NCBI GenBank assembly: GCA_030616835.1
Contig: JAUWWP010000001.1
Span: forward strand, 1-34,014
Direction: 5' to 3'
DNA from: Deltaproteobacteria bacterium
Lineage (GTDB): Bacteria; Desulfobacterota; G020345765
DNA: 34,014 bases
The translations under genes were made by a program, and so were the position numbers. The notes under the pieces are model-generated. The model saw only the letters and a list, made by a program, of their open reading frames with translations. It was not told where the DNA came from and did no database searches. Positions 7,959 through 16,830 of this stretch are shown here, piece after piece. Numbering within the stretch: position 1 is the stretch's first letter; the number at the start of each line of letters is the position of its first letter.

Positions 7959-10037
7959 ATGAAAAAACTAAGCGAAAATGAGGAAGAGAGATATTCAGCC
8001 CGTGTAGCTGTTATCATCGGTGTTATTTTAAGTCTTTCGATGGGATTTTTAGACATTGCGATAAGTATGTTACCCCAACCATCTGGATTCTCGTCATTTT
8101 CATTTATCTTGCCACCTCTGGTAGCAACAATAAGTATTTCTTTTTTCATCTACATGATTTTATGGTTATTGGTCATTCCTCAGCTAATGCGTTTTCTCAA
8201 GATGGACCCTAACGCGTTGGCCATTTCGCTTGCAGTATTTTTGGGAACAATGTTTACCTTGACTTCACTAAGCGGTTTGATTCACTTTCCTCTGGATCCA
8301 CATGAATTTTTCGAATTATTTATAATGTTTTCGATCTGTCTTTTGACTTCGATAGCGACCTATTTTGCAAGCAAAGCTTTTGCTCATATGTCAAACTACC
8401 GCAAAACTGTCGTTATCTTTAGCCTTGCCCTGCCTTTTGTGCTTGCTCAAACGATGATGTTTGTATGGTTGCACAGATATCAGATTGGGTCTTTTTTTTC
8501 GAAGCCATCTTTTCTGGTCAATATCGGTTATATCTTGACTGTTCTTTTTACTCTTGCTCTATTCTATCTTATAGGTCAAATACTTATGCTCATGAGATTA
8601 CTTATTGCTTTTATGATTCTCATTTTTTTAAGTCCTTTTGTGATGTTGATTGCTATGCAGGCTCCCAAATACCCTTTAAAGGAGTTCAAAAACAAAGATC
8701 ATAAAATCAAACATGTGATTTTGATCACAGTGGATACCCTGAGGGCGGATGCCCTTTCCTGTTATGGTTACCAAAGCGAATCTACTCTTCATATCGATCA
8801 ATTAGCAAGAGATGGAATTCTTTTTAACCGGGCAATTTCGTCTGCTCCCTGGACATTACCGGCTGTTGCTTCAATTATGACAGGGCTTTCTCCTTCGGTT
8901 CATATGACAGTAGAGCATCAATCTAAGCTTTCAGATATACTGCCAACTTTAGCCGAGTATATGCGCGACGCTGGCTACTTTACTAGTGGAATTGGATCAA
9001 ATTTACTTCTTACACCCAACTATAAGATATCGCAAGGCTTTCTTGAGTATAATTTCTTTCCAAAACCATCGTTTGGTAGTTCCATCGGAGCGAAACTTCT
9101 TCAACGAGTATTTCCCCGCAAATTTCGACTAAGAGTGTCAACCCGTGATCTAACCAATTTAGCTTGCAAGTGGTTGAAAGAGAACTATGAGAAAGATTTT
9201 TTCTTGTGGTTACACTATTTTGACCCACATTATCCATATATGCCTCCAACTGATTTTCTTCCAGAATCGGAGCCACTGCCACGTATTGGCACGGGGTTTT
9301 CAAAAAAGGAGGAAGTTATCAGTGGACATTTTGTTCCATCATTAGTGGAAAGAGACTGGATAAAGGAGCTCTATGGTGGTGAAGTTCGATATGTTGATAA
9401 GAGTATTGGAAGGCTTCTCGCTCTTTTAAAGCGGCTAAATCTATACGATGAGTCCTTGATTATCCTTACGAGCGATCACGGAGAGGAGTTCTGGGAACAT
9501 GGTAGTATTACACACGGGCATACCCTCTATCACGAACTACTTTGGGTTCCCTTGATAATAAAGCCTCCAGAATCTGCTTCAAAGGGAGAAATAATAACTA
9601 AAGTAGTATCGACTACATACATAATGCCCACAATTCTTGATCTTTGCAGGATCAAATATGAGACTGATTATCTTTCTGTCGGTTCTCTTTCATCATTGTG
9701 GAGACCAAATCCTGACACTTTCGACGCGCAACCAATATTCAGTACTGCGGTATCACTTTATGAGGATCGAGAATCTATTATTTTTGATGGGTTAAAATAT
9801 ATCCGTTCTCTTCTGACAAATCGTGAAGAGCTTTATGATCTGGCTTGCGATCCCAAAGAACAGATTTCTATTGCCTTTTCATCTCCAGAGACGATTCAGA
9901 GAGCAAAAAATATTTTGAGAGAGCTTAACGGGACTGCTAAGAAGCTCAGAGAACACTATGGAATAATGGGCGGGGAAGAAATTAAATTTGATAAGGAAAT
10001 AATAGAAAAACTTAAATCTCTGGGCTATATACGATAA
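7959..10037 (+). CDS. multi-pass membrane protein with a periplasmic sulfatase-fold (alkaline-phosphatase superfamily) domain, Thr nucleophile
   Basis: 692 aa; about 235 hydrophobic N-terminal residues, then ILITVDTLRADALSCYGY, SSAPWTLPAVASIMTG (Thr at the Cys/Ser-FGly position), TSDHGEEFWEHG and ELYDLACDPKE. AAGGGGGG lies upstream of the ATG. Confidence 0.75.
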   Translation: MKKLSENEEERYSARVAVIIGVILSLSMGFLDIAISMLPQPSGFSSFSFILPPLVATISISFFIYMILWLLVIPQLMRFLKMDPNALAISLAVFLGTMFTLTSLSGLIHFPLDPHEFFELFIMFSICLLTSIATYFASKAFAHMSNYRKTVVIFSLALPFVLAQTMMFVWLHRYQIGSFFSKPSFLVNIGYILTVLFTLALFYLIGQILMLMRLLIAFMILIFLSPFVMLIAMQAPKYPLKEFKNKDHKIKHVILITVDTLRADALSCYGYQSESTLHIDQLARDGILFNRAISSAPWTLPAVASIMTGLSPSVHMTVEHQSKLSDILPTLAEYMRDAGYFTSGIGSNLLLTPNYKISQGFLEYNFFPKPSFGSSIGAKLLQRVFPRKFRLRVSTRDLTNLACKWLKENYEKDFFLWLHYFDPHYPYMPPTDFLPESEPLPRIGTGFSKKEEVISGHFVPSLVERDWIKELYGGEVRYVDKSIGRLLALLKRLNLYDESLIILTSDHGEEFWEHGSITHGHTLYHELLWVPLIIKPPESASKGEIITKVVSTTYIMPTILDLCRIKYETDYLSVGSLSSLWRPNPDTFDAQPIFSTAVSLYEDRESIIFDGLKYIRSLLTNREELYDLACDPKEQISIAFSSPETIQRAKNILRELNGTAKKLREHYGIMGGEEIKFDKEIIEKLKSLGYIR

Positions 10038-10164
10038 AAGATATATATTTCATTTTAAGATAATTAGAACTTTGCATGAGAGCGAAACCTACAAAAAACC
10101 TATTAAAATTAATTATACTAAGATAATCAAAAGAAAGCAAATATAAAACGACTCCCTCTTTAGA

Positions 10165-10297
10165 AGTATTTATTTAACCAGAAAGAGCAGTTTTTTACAA
10201 GGATTTCCAGAGAATTGATCCTAAAAAGTATCTCTTTGTTGCAAGAAAAGGCAAGGGAGACAGTTTTGAAATTGATCCCTATCTTTTTTTCAAATGA
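10165..10297 (+). pseudogene. degraded relic of the 3' end of the GT-B gene (compare 1871-2025)
   Basis: TATTTAACCAGAA...GCAAGGGAGACAGTTTTGAAA...TGAGCCACTGCCCTAAATG aligns with indels to 1871-2041. No intact frame remains. It sits directly upstream of GT-C copy 2. Confidence 0.65.
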
Positions 10298-10310
10298 GCC
10301 ACTGCCCTAA

Positions 10311-11888
10311 ATGAGCAGCCAAATTTTTATAAAAGTAAATAATTTCATTAAACAACGAGGAGTCATCTTACTAATGATCCCCATCGCTGCTATGTACTTT
10401 TTGACTCTCAATAATCACTGGATACCAAGCTGGGATAGTGCAATCTACATTTCTCTGGCCAAATCGCTTGCTGCTGGAGATGGGTACAAATATATGGGTT
10501 TTTCGCATACGAAATATCCTTTTGTCTTTCCTTTGCTCTTATCACCAATTCCGCGGTTTTTCGGAGACAATTTTTTACTGATGAGATTACTGATTGTAAT
10601 TCTGGGTATCTGCTCAATCTACCTCGTATATTTATTATCTAAGCAGTTACTTGACAAATGGTTGGCGATTTTAATAATGCTGCTTACAGCCAGCTCACAT
10701 AGTCTCTTGTCTATATGTACAAGGATATTCTCTGAGATACCTTATCTATTTTTCTCACTAATTAGCATAATCTTCATTGATAAGTACAGTAGAGATAAAG
10801 GGTACTTGAATAGAAATGGATTGATCACAATATTGTTTTTGCTGCTGGCTTACTTTACAAGATCGGCGGGTATATCATTAGCCGCGGCTGTATTGCTGTT
10901 TCTGATATGGAAGGATGATTCAAGCATAGATATGAAATTAAGGTTTAAAAAGGCAGGATTTGTGGGTCTGACATTTATTATTTTTGCCTCAGCCTGGGGT
11001 ATTCGGAATCAATTAGTTAAAGAACCTTTTCTATCAGGAACATTGGAGGGATCCAGTTACATAGATTTAATATTGGAACCACCAGATAAGTCTTATCCAG
11101 AGGGTACTGGTGTTAAGAATCTATTTTTAAACATTCCTGATAGCATAAGTTACTATGGAGGACTTATTCCTCGAATGATTGTCCAGAAGCCTCCTCGAAC
11201 ATTTCTAATTGCTAAGCTTCTGGCCCTTTTTATAATTCTTTGGGGATTTATCTATTGTAGTTTTAAGCGAAGGGGGATAAGCGAGTACTATTTCTCTCTA
11301 TATATAGCAATGTATATCCCGTGGCCATATAGACAAGGTGAAAGATTTCTAGTTCCCGTTATCCCCTTTATCTTTTATTATTTTATTATTGGTTTGAAAT
11401 TAATCCTAAAAGCTTTAGGCTTGTTTATAAGAAAAACTTTAAATCGGGAAATTCTCCCTGATACCTTCAGCAAGGCTCTTCTCTCATTCGTTGTTCTTGG
11501 GTTGATCTGCTATTATTTAAATTCGGATATAAAGCTCATTGAGAAACAGCGAAGGAATACTTATTATACAGGGGAAGTTGCTGATTTCATAAATGTTATT
11601 AAATGGTTAGGGGAAAATACTCCTATAAACAGTGTAGTTGTAAGTGACCGAGCTCCGTGGGTGTATCTCCTTTCAGGTAGAAAAACATTTTCTTTTCCCC
11701 GGGTGCATGACGAAAAAAAGATTATGGAATCAATTTACAAATTTGACACCGATTATGTCATTGTCAGCCCGGTTATCGGTTATGCAGAAAAATACCTGAA
11801 GCCGGTAATTCAAGGTAATGTTGATAGATTTGAACTGGTGCACCAGAATGAGAGTGGATTGGTATTTAGGGTCAGACCCGAAAGGTAA
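10311..11888 (+). CDS. GT-C fold integral-membrane glycosyltransferase (ArnT/PMT_2-like), paralog 2
   Basis: 525 aa, collinear with 2039-3622 (roughly 70 percent identical by eye). Same IPSWDSAIYISLAKSLAAGDGY loop motif. Confidence 0.7.
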   Translation: MSSQIFIKVNNFIKQRGVILLMIPIAAMYFLTLNNHWIPSWDSAIYISLAKSLAAGDGYKYMGFSHTKYPFVFPLLLSPIPRFFGDNFLLMRLLIVILGICSIYLVYLLSKQLLDKWLAILIMLLTASSHSLLSICTRIFSEIPYLFFSLISIIFIDKYSRDKGYLNRNGLITILFLLLAYFTRSAGISLAAAVLLFLIWKDDSSIDMKLRFKKAGFVGLTFIIFASAWGIRNQLVKEPFLSGTLEGSSYIDLILEPPDKSYPEGTGVKNLFLNIPDSISYYGGLIPRMIVQKPPRTFLIAKLLALFIILWGFIYCSFKRRGISEYYFSLYIAMYIPWPYRQGERFLVPVIPFIFYYFIIGLKLILKALGLFIRKTLNREILPDTFSKALLSFVVLGLICYYLNSDIKLIEKQRRNTYYTGEVADFINVIKWLGENTPINSVVVSDRAPWVYLLSGRKTFSFPRVHDEKKIMESIYKFDTDYVIVSPVIGYAEKYLKPVIQGNVDRFELVHQNESGLVFRVRPER

Positions 11889-11928
11889 TATATGAGCGGA
11901 TTAAGCGGAATTCTATCTATATATACTC

Positions 11929-13215
11929 ATGGAAGATTACAGGAAAGCGATGAATAATGGTAAACAAACTCAACCAAAGTCTACCCGAAAATGGTTCTTC
12001 CGAGTCGTTTTGGCAGGCTTTGTCATTCTCATTTGCGAATTGGTTCTCTACTTCTTATCCTGGGTCTCTCCTCGGGTCAATGATCTCCTCTCCCCTACCG
12101 GTCCTCCCCCAATTAATATGATAATAAAGGACAAGAGGTTAGGCCACCGGCCAAACCCGGCCTATCCAGAACATGATGACTGGGGATTCCGTAACAGGGA
12201 GGTTCCGAAACGTGCCTTTCTCGTTGTCCTGGGAGATTCTCAAACATACGGAGTAGGTGTTTCACGCAAGCAGACTTGGCCCCAGCAGCTTGGAAGGTTC
12301 ATCGGTCGAACCGTTTATAACATGGCCTTTGGTGGTTATGGTCCTGTTCACAATCTGATTTTTTGGGAAGATACCCTTTCTCTCCAGCCAAAGCTGGTAA
12401 TGGTTACTTTCTATGCTGGCAATGATCTCTATGATTCTTACAACCTAATTTACAATAGTGATGTACTTCGGAATATGAGAGCAGTGGACAGTAAGCTAAT
12501 TGAGGAACTAAGTAAAGCCGAGGCATTGGCTAATAAGGTTGCCGGGCCACTTACGATTGTCAGAAGCAGAGAGAGCAAACAGCCCCTGCCTCATGGTTTC
12601 CTCAGGGAGTTTATTATTGAGTATTCTAAGCTCTATGGTATGCTCCGAACGGCAAGGCGCGTTTTCTCAAAACTTCGCAATTCCCTGTCAAATCAAGCCA
12701 ATGACAAGAATTGGCTGCTGCAAAAGAAGGAGGCTCTCGAACTTCCGGATCACGGTTTAGTAATTGAGGCTGATAGGTTCCGAACGATTTTAACTCCAAA
12801 GTACCGCTTACGTGTGCTGGATCAGAGCGACCCCCGTCTCAGAGAGGGCCTAAAAATCTCCTTAGAAGTGATCCATCGGATGCACAGGAGAGCCCAGAAA
12901 CTTGGAGTCGAGTTTATGGTTGTGCTCATACCCACAAAAGAACTGGTCTTCCTTCCCCTCGTTGAGAAAATATGGTCAGATATACCTAAAATTTATACCC
13001 AGCTTATAACGAATGAAGAAATAGCCCGAAAGGCCACCAAAGAATTTTTGGAAAAATCTTCCATTCCCTATGTTGATATTCTGATATCTCTCCGGCAATG
13101 CCTGGAGAGGGGTAACCAACCTTACCAGGCTTCCCGCGATGGGCATCCAAATAAGATTGGGCATCGTGCGATCGCCGAACAGATTGCCTTAGAAATAGGG
13201 AGGAAGAAGCCTTGA
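11929..13215 (+). CDS. membrane-anchored SGNH/GDSL-family hydrolase or acyl-transferase, paralog 2
   Basis: 428 aa with the same TM helix and the same GDSQTYG / GGYGP / GNDLYD / DGHPNKIGH blocks as paralog 1. The stop overlaps the next gene's start (TTGA). Confidence 0.7.
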   Translation: MEDYRKAMNNGKQTQPKSTRKWFFRVVLAGFVILICELVLYFLSWVSPRVNDLLSPTGPPPINMIIKDKRLGHRPNPAYPEHDDWGFRNREVPKRAFLVVLGDSQTYGVGVSRKQTWPQQLGRFIGRTVYNMAFGGYGPVHNLIFWEDTLSLQPKLVMVTFYAGNDLYDSYNLIYNSDVLRNMRAVDSKLIEELSKAEALANKVAGPLTIVRSRESKQPLPHGFLREFIIEYSKLYGMLRTARRVFSKLRNSLSNQANDKNWLLQKKEALELPDHGLVIEADRFRTILTPKYRLRVLDQSDPRLREGLKISLEVIHRMHRRAQKLGVEFMVVLIPTKELVFLPLVEKIWSDIPKIYTQLITNEEIARKATKEFLEKSSIPYVDILISLRQCLERGNQPYQASRDGHPNKIGHRAIAEQIALEIGRKKP

Positions 13216-15587
13216 AAGAAGTGAAAAATATCGTAATCGCACTTCCCGCATCATTCCTGATAGTGGCTTTGCTCTGCGGGGCTCCGGCAAATGCAATATC
13301 AATAGAGGGGACAGAACCAATAATAATCGAAAAGAAATACCTTGAGATACTACCCCACGGAAGGACGACCGGTTCAATCTTTGAGAACTGGCTTACCCCG
13401 GTAGTCTTCCTACCAGTCGAAACAGGTGGCTTGAGCCGGGTGGACTCCCCGAGATTCAGTTGCCTGGGAATAAGCTGGGTTGAACAGAACTGGCTTCTAA
13501 ACGGAGTTGATGTAACCGACCCATTTCGTTCCGGATTTCCGCTTTTCGAACCTGCCTGGGATTCCATCAAAAGAATCCAGTTAAGGTCCTTTCAGGAAAA
13601 CGATCCCCACCGGCTCGGAGTCAACTGGACAGTTGATTTACCAGAAACTACCGATGAATTTCAAATCTCATACAACTCAATTGACCCATTCGATGGCGGA
13701 CTCCTGATGCCCGGAGGAATAATGGACAGGGAACCTTCATTCCCTTACGGTTCACCCGAAGAAAGAAGGAGATACAAATCTTCCAGTGAAATAAACGGTT
13801 CATACTTCACTGCCAACAGGTTTTACAGCGGAGTGGAAGCACTAATTACCGAGAGGGAATTTCCCACACTCACAGACGAAAGCGGCAGTCTGACCGAAGA
13901 GGAGGCGGAAAAATATACCCTAACCTCGATATACAGAGATAGCAACAACTCAATGCCCTTCAAAATCCTCTTCCTTGCCCAATACAATCAGAATAACAAC
14001 TACGGTGCAAACCTGAGACTTAACCGGAACGAAACGCTGAGTCAGAAAAACTTTGCCCTTCATCTCCAGTACAATGCCAGAAAAGAACTAGCTAAAGGCG
14101 AATTGGGGGTTTCTTCTGGACTCACGACAAGATTGGAGAAACGCGAAGCTCACCTGGAAAGGCCGAGAGTTATGGAATTCGACACGGAGTCGGGACCTGT
14201 CCCTGAAGCGGGAGGCATAAACAGGATAAATTTTGACAACAGCCTGACCCGCAAATACGGAATCTTTAGCTTTGAGACCGGGGTTCAACTAACAGGTGTT
14301 TTCTTCAAACCAGAAATACCGTTTTCACAAACCTTTTTAACCTATACTGACCCCCAGGACGGCTCGACAGATTTTGTGACAATCTGGGATGAAACTGAAA
14401 GCTCAAACGAATTTATAGGTAACGGCAGGCTAAAGGCAGGATTTTCAAAAATCTGGAACTTCTTTTCACTGTCAGGTAACATCTATCTCGATACCTCTAC
14501 CGCGTTCGCCAATGGAAAAAATCTTTTGAACTGGTTCGGAGCAGGAGGTAAAATCCTCTCAAAATTTATTATCGAAAAAACAAAAACCACCATCGGAATC
14601 GGCACTCTGCACCAACCCGCAAAACTAAACTCCTACATAGTAGGTTTTCTCAACAGTAAAAGACCCTCCGGAAAACAATACCGCTGGACTGACTCAAATG
14701 GAAATGGCATTGCTGAAGGATCTGAACTTGGAGACCTCATATCAACAACCGGTGGAAAAGACCACCATAAAGATGAAGGCCTTAAAAGACCCTATCATGA
14801 TGAGTTTTTCTTCAGTATCAAACAGGGAATAGGAAAGCATTTTAAAATAGTTTTTCAGGGTGCCCACAGAATCTTTTCAAACTATTTTATAGTTAATTAC
14901 GGAAGTTATGAAGGAGATTATACCCCAATAGATGGCTATGAGTTATACAACAAGCCACTCGGCGAGGACGAGTATTACCTTTCCAACCATACTAAAAAGA
15001 GGAGTTCTTATTCAGGTGTTGAAATCCAGTTGCTCTCGGAATGGGAAAGATTTTACCTAAATTTCACGACCACTGCCTTCATGGTCAGGGGTTTTGCGCC
15101 TATCGGGAATGGACCCGATTTTAACGACTATGCGGTAATCTCGGAGGAAACCGCCTCTCCTAATAGCTGGATTAATGCAGGAGGAAGACTCGACAGCGAC
15201 CGGGCCTATATGTCCAATCTCCTTGTCGGTTACCGAATCACCAGGAACCTCTCATTCGGCTCTACCATCAAGTACCGGGACGGCGAACCCTTCTCACAGC
15301 ATATAATTTATCGAGATTCGTATGGAGTCCCTATCAGGGTGATAAAAAAACCGAGAGGAGAGTGGGAAGAGGGCGGGACGAGATATACATTCTCCTGGAA
15401 CATAGATATGAGACTGAGATATGCTTCAACAATCCAGGGTAAAAAATTTATAGTCGTTTTTGATATGTACAACCTCATAGGCTCAGCAACTGAGATCCTC
15501 GAAAGTTACCGGGTAGAGGATGCAAGAAAATCACTTGAGGCGGTCCCCCCAAGAATGATAAAACTCCAAGTTTCACATCTTTTTTAA
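13212..15587 (+). CDS. TonB-dependent-receptor-like outer-membrane barrel protein (plug + barrel)
   Basis: 791 aa. TTG start with GGAGG 8 nt upstream, or GTG at 13221. Signal peptide ...LLCGAPANA|IS. Plug-like PRFSCLGISWVEQNWLLNGVDVTDPF. Long beta-rich body ending in ...KLQVSHLF (terminal Phe). Confidence 0.6.
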   Translation: MKEVKNIVIALPASFLIVALLCGAPANAISIEGTEPIIIEKKYLEILPHGRTTGSIFENWLTPVVFLPVETGGLSRVDSPRFSCLGISWVEQNWLLNGVDVTDPFRSGFPLFEPAWDSIKRIQLRSFQENDPHRLGVNWTVDLPETTDEFQISYNSIDPFDGGLLMPGGIMDREPSFPYGSPEERRRYKSSSEINGSYFTANRFYSGVEALITEREFPTLTDESGSLTEEEAEKYTLTSIYRDSNNSMPFKILFLAQYNQNNNYGANLRLNRNETLSQKNFALHLQYNARKELAKGELGVSSGLTTRLEKREAHLERPRVMEFDTESGPVPEAGGINRINFDNSLTRKYGIFSFETGVQLTGVFFKPEIPFSQTFLTYTDPQDGSTDFVTIWDETESSNEFIGNGRLKAGFSKIWNFFSLSGNIYLDTSTAFANGKNLLNWFGAGGKILSKFIIEKTKTTIGIGTLHQPAKLNSYIVGFLNSKRPSGKQYRWTDSNGNGIAEGSELGDLISTTGGKDHHKDEGLKRPYHDEFFFSIKQGIGKHFKIVFQGAHRIFSNYFIVNYGSYEGDYTPIDGYELYNKPLGEDEYYLSNHTKKRSSYSGVEIQLLSEWERFYLNFTTTAFMVRGFAPIGNGPDFNDYAVISEETASPNSWINAGGRLDSDRAYMSNLLVGYRITRNLSFGSTIKYRDGEPFSQHIIYRDSYGVPIRVIKKPRGEWEEGGTRYTFSWNIDMRLRYASTIQGKKFIVVFDMYNLIGSATEILESYRVEDARKSLEAVPPRMIKLQVSHLF

Positions 15588-15656
15588 AGACAATCTGCTT
15601 TTCTACCATTTATTCGCTAACAATTTTAGGAAAGTTAATCTGGGTAATCTGTGGTT

Positions 15657-16739
15657 TTAGAACCTCGCGGTAAACCACAAGGAGAAGTCGGAGGTGTGCC
15701 AGCGGTTATGGTTTAGGTCGTAGCCGTATCCGAGGGCTAAGTAAGGGGGTTGGAAGAATTTGAGGAACGATGCTGTACCTCGCAGGAAGCGATTTTCAGG
15801 CCACCGCTCACGCAAGATAGCCGATGCGTCTAGCAACAACGCTCCACCGATATTGCGCTCGCGCAATTCGTACTTCTCGTCAGGCAGCTGGGGACGGTAG
15901 CCACGGGTGTCATAGTAGACCGCGGGCATTAGGTAGCGCAGTAGGCCCAGGTGGAGACCAACCTTATCGGCGATGCCTGCGGTGTTGCCCACGATGAAGA
16001 AACGCTGCCCATTGTAATCCTCGAGAAATTTGTAGGCTGCCATTCCCCCTGTCTTCCCGGTGGCGTACATGCGCGACGGCATCCACGAGATCCGCAGTTG
16101 GAGATAGCGGTCGAGGCTATACAACTGGGACAGGAGAGCTAGGGCCTGCCCCCCGAAGTTGAAGACCGTGTCGGTATACTCCCAGCCGTAATCGGTGAAA
16201 GCATCGAAAAACTCGATCAGGTTAAATCCAAAGGCAGTGACAGCAGTACCAAGCCAGATGGAGGTGGTGCGCTTATACCCGGCCAATTCGTACAGGCCAG
16301 TAACGGAGTACTGACCGATATAGGTCGCATAGGCATGACCCAAATTGTCGTGACCACCGGTATGAGTATTGCGACCGAACCAGCCGCGGTGCCAGAAGTT
16401 GAATTCGTGGATGTTAAACTTGATCCGGTGGTCGATCCACCAGTTAATTGCCCCTACCCCGATGATCATGGTGGGTACGCCAAAAGCAATGCCCATAGCC
16501 AGCCATCCCCGCCGGCTGGCGGATTCTTCGCGCTGGTCAGGCTCGAGGGCTTCTACGGCCGCTGCCCGCAAAATGATCATGGCGCACAGGGCAAATACCA
16601 CTCCCTTCCGTATCACGCAGCTTGACCAACGCTGTGTGCTGTTCGGTGCAGCTTGGTTGATAGGTGAATGAATCTTGGTATCCATCTCCTCTACTCCGCT
16701 AGAAATAGAATTTCCAAGGGGGAGGATAAAGAATAACAA
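15657..16739 (-). CDS. hypothetical envelope or membrane protein, visibly GC-rich gene
   Basis: 360-aa ORF whose first codon is TTG; an ATG alternative lies at 16685 (MDTKIH...). Signal or anchor-like VVFALCAMIILRAAAVEA. Aromatic and Gly-rich body ending in ...SLWFTARF. I recognise no catalytic motif. Confidence 0.45.
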   Translation of the reverse strand: MLFFILPLGNSISSGVEEMDTKIHSPINQAAPNSTQRWSSCVIRKGVVFALCAMIILRAAAVEALEPDQREESASRRGWLAMGIAFGVPTMIIGVGAINWWIDHRIKFNIHEFNFWHRGWFGRNTHTGGHDNLGHAYATYIGQYSVTGLYELAGYKRTTSIWLGTAVTAFGFNLIEFFDAFTDYGWEYTDTVFNFGGQALALLSQLYSLDRYLQLRISWMPSRMYATGKTGGMAAYKFLEDYNGQRFFIVGNTAGIADKVGLHLGLLRYLMPAVYYDTRGYRPQLPDEKYELRERNIGGALLLDASAILRERWPENRFLRGTASFLKFFQPPYLALGYGYDLNHNRWHTSDFSLWFTARF

Positions 16740-16830
16740 AAGTTTCTAAGGGGGTCAACCTCCCATATTCTCTTTACCTTTTGCTATTTTTTTATTAGTA
16801 TAAGATTAACCTTTAAAGGACTGAAAAATT

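Noticed and set aside
13004-13570. Long antisense ORFs conserved in both duplicated copies (13004-13570 and 12976-13164 against 7318-7758, 4720-5001 and 4710-4898)
   Set aside because: They are conserved only because the underlying DNA is duplicated. They lie antisense to well-supported SGNH and barrel genes, and have no RBS or recognisable motifs.
15588-15656. Expected bidirectional terminator between the convergent barrel gene and the GC-rich gene
   Set aside because: I could find no stable stem-loop with a T-run in these 69 nt, so no terminator is called.
16335-16671. ORFs 15951-16142, 16335-16625 and 16369-16671 on the + strand
   Set aside because: These are Pro/Ala/Arg-rich translations antisense to a GC-rich gene, the typical stop-codon-poor shadow frames.
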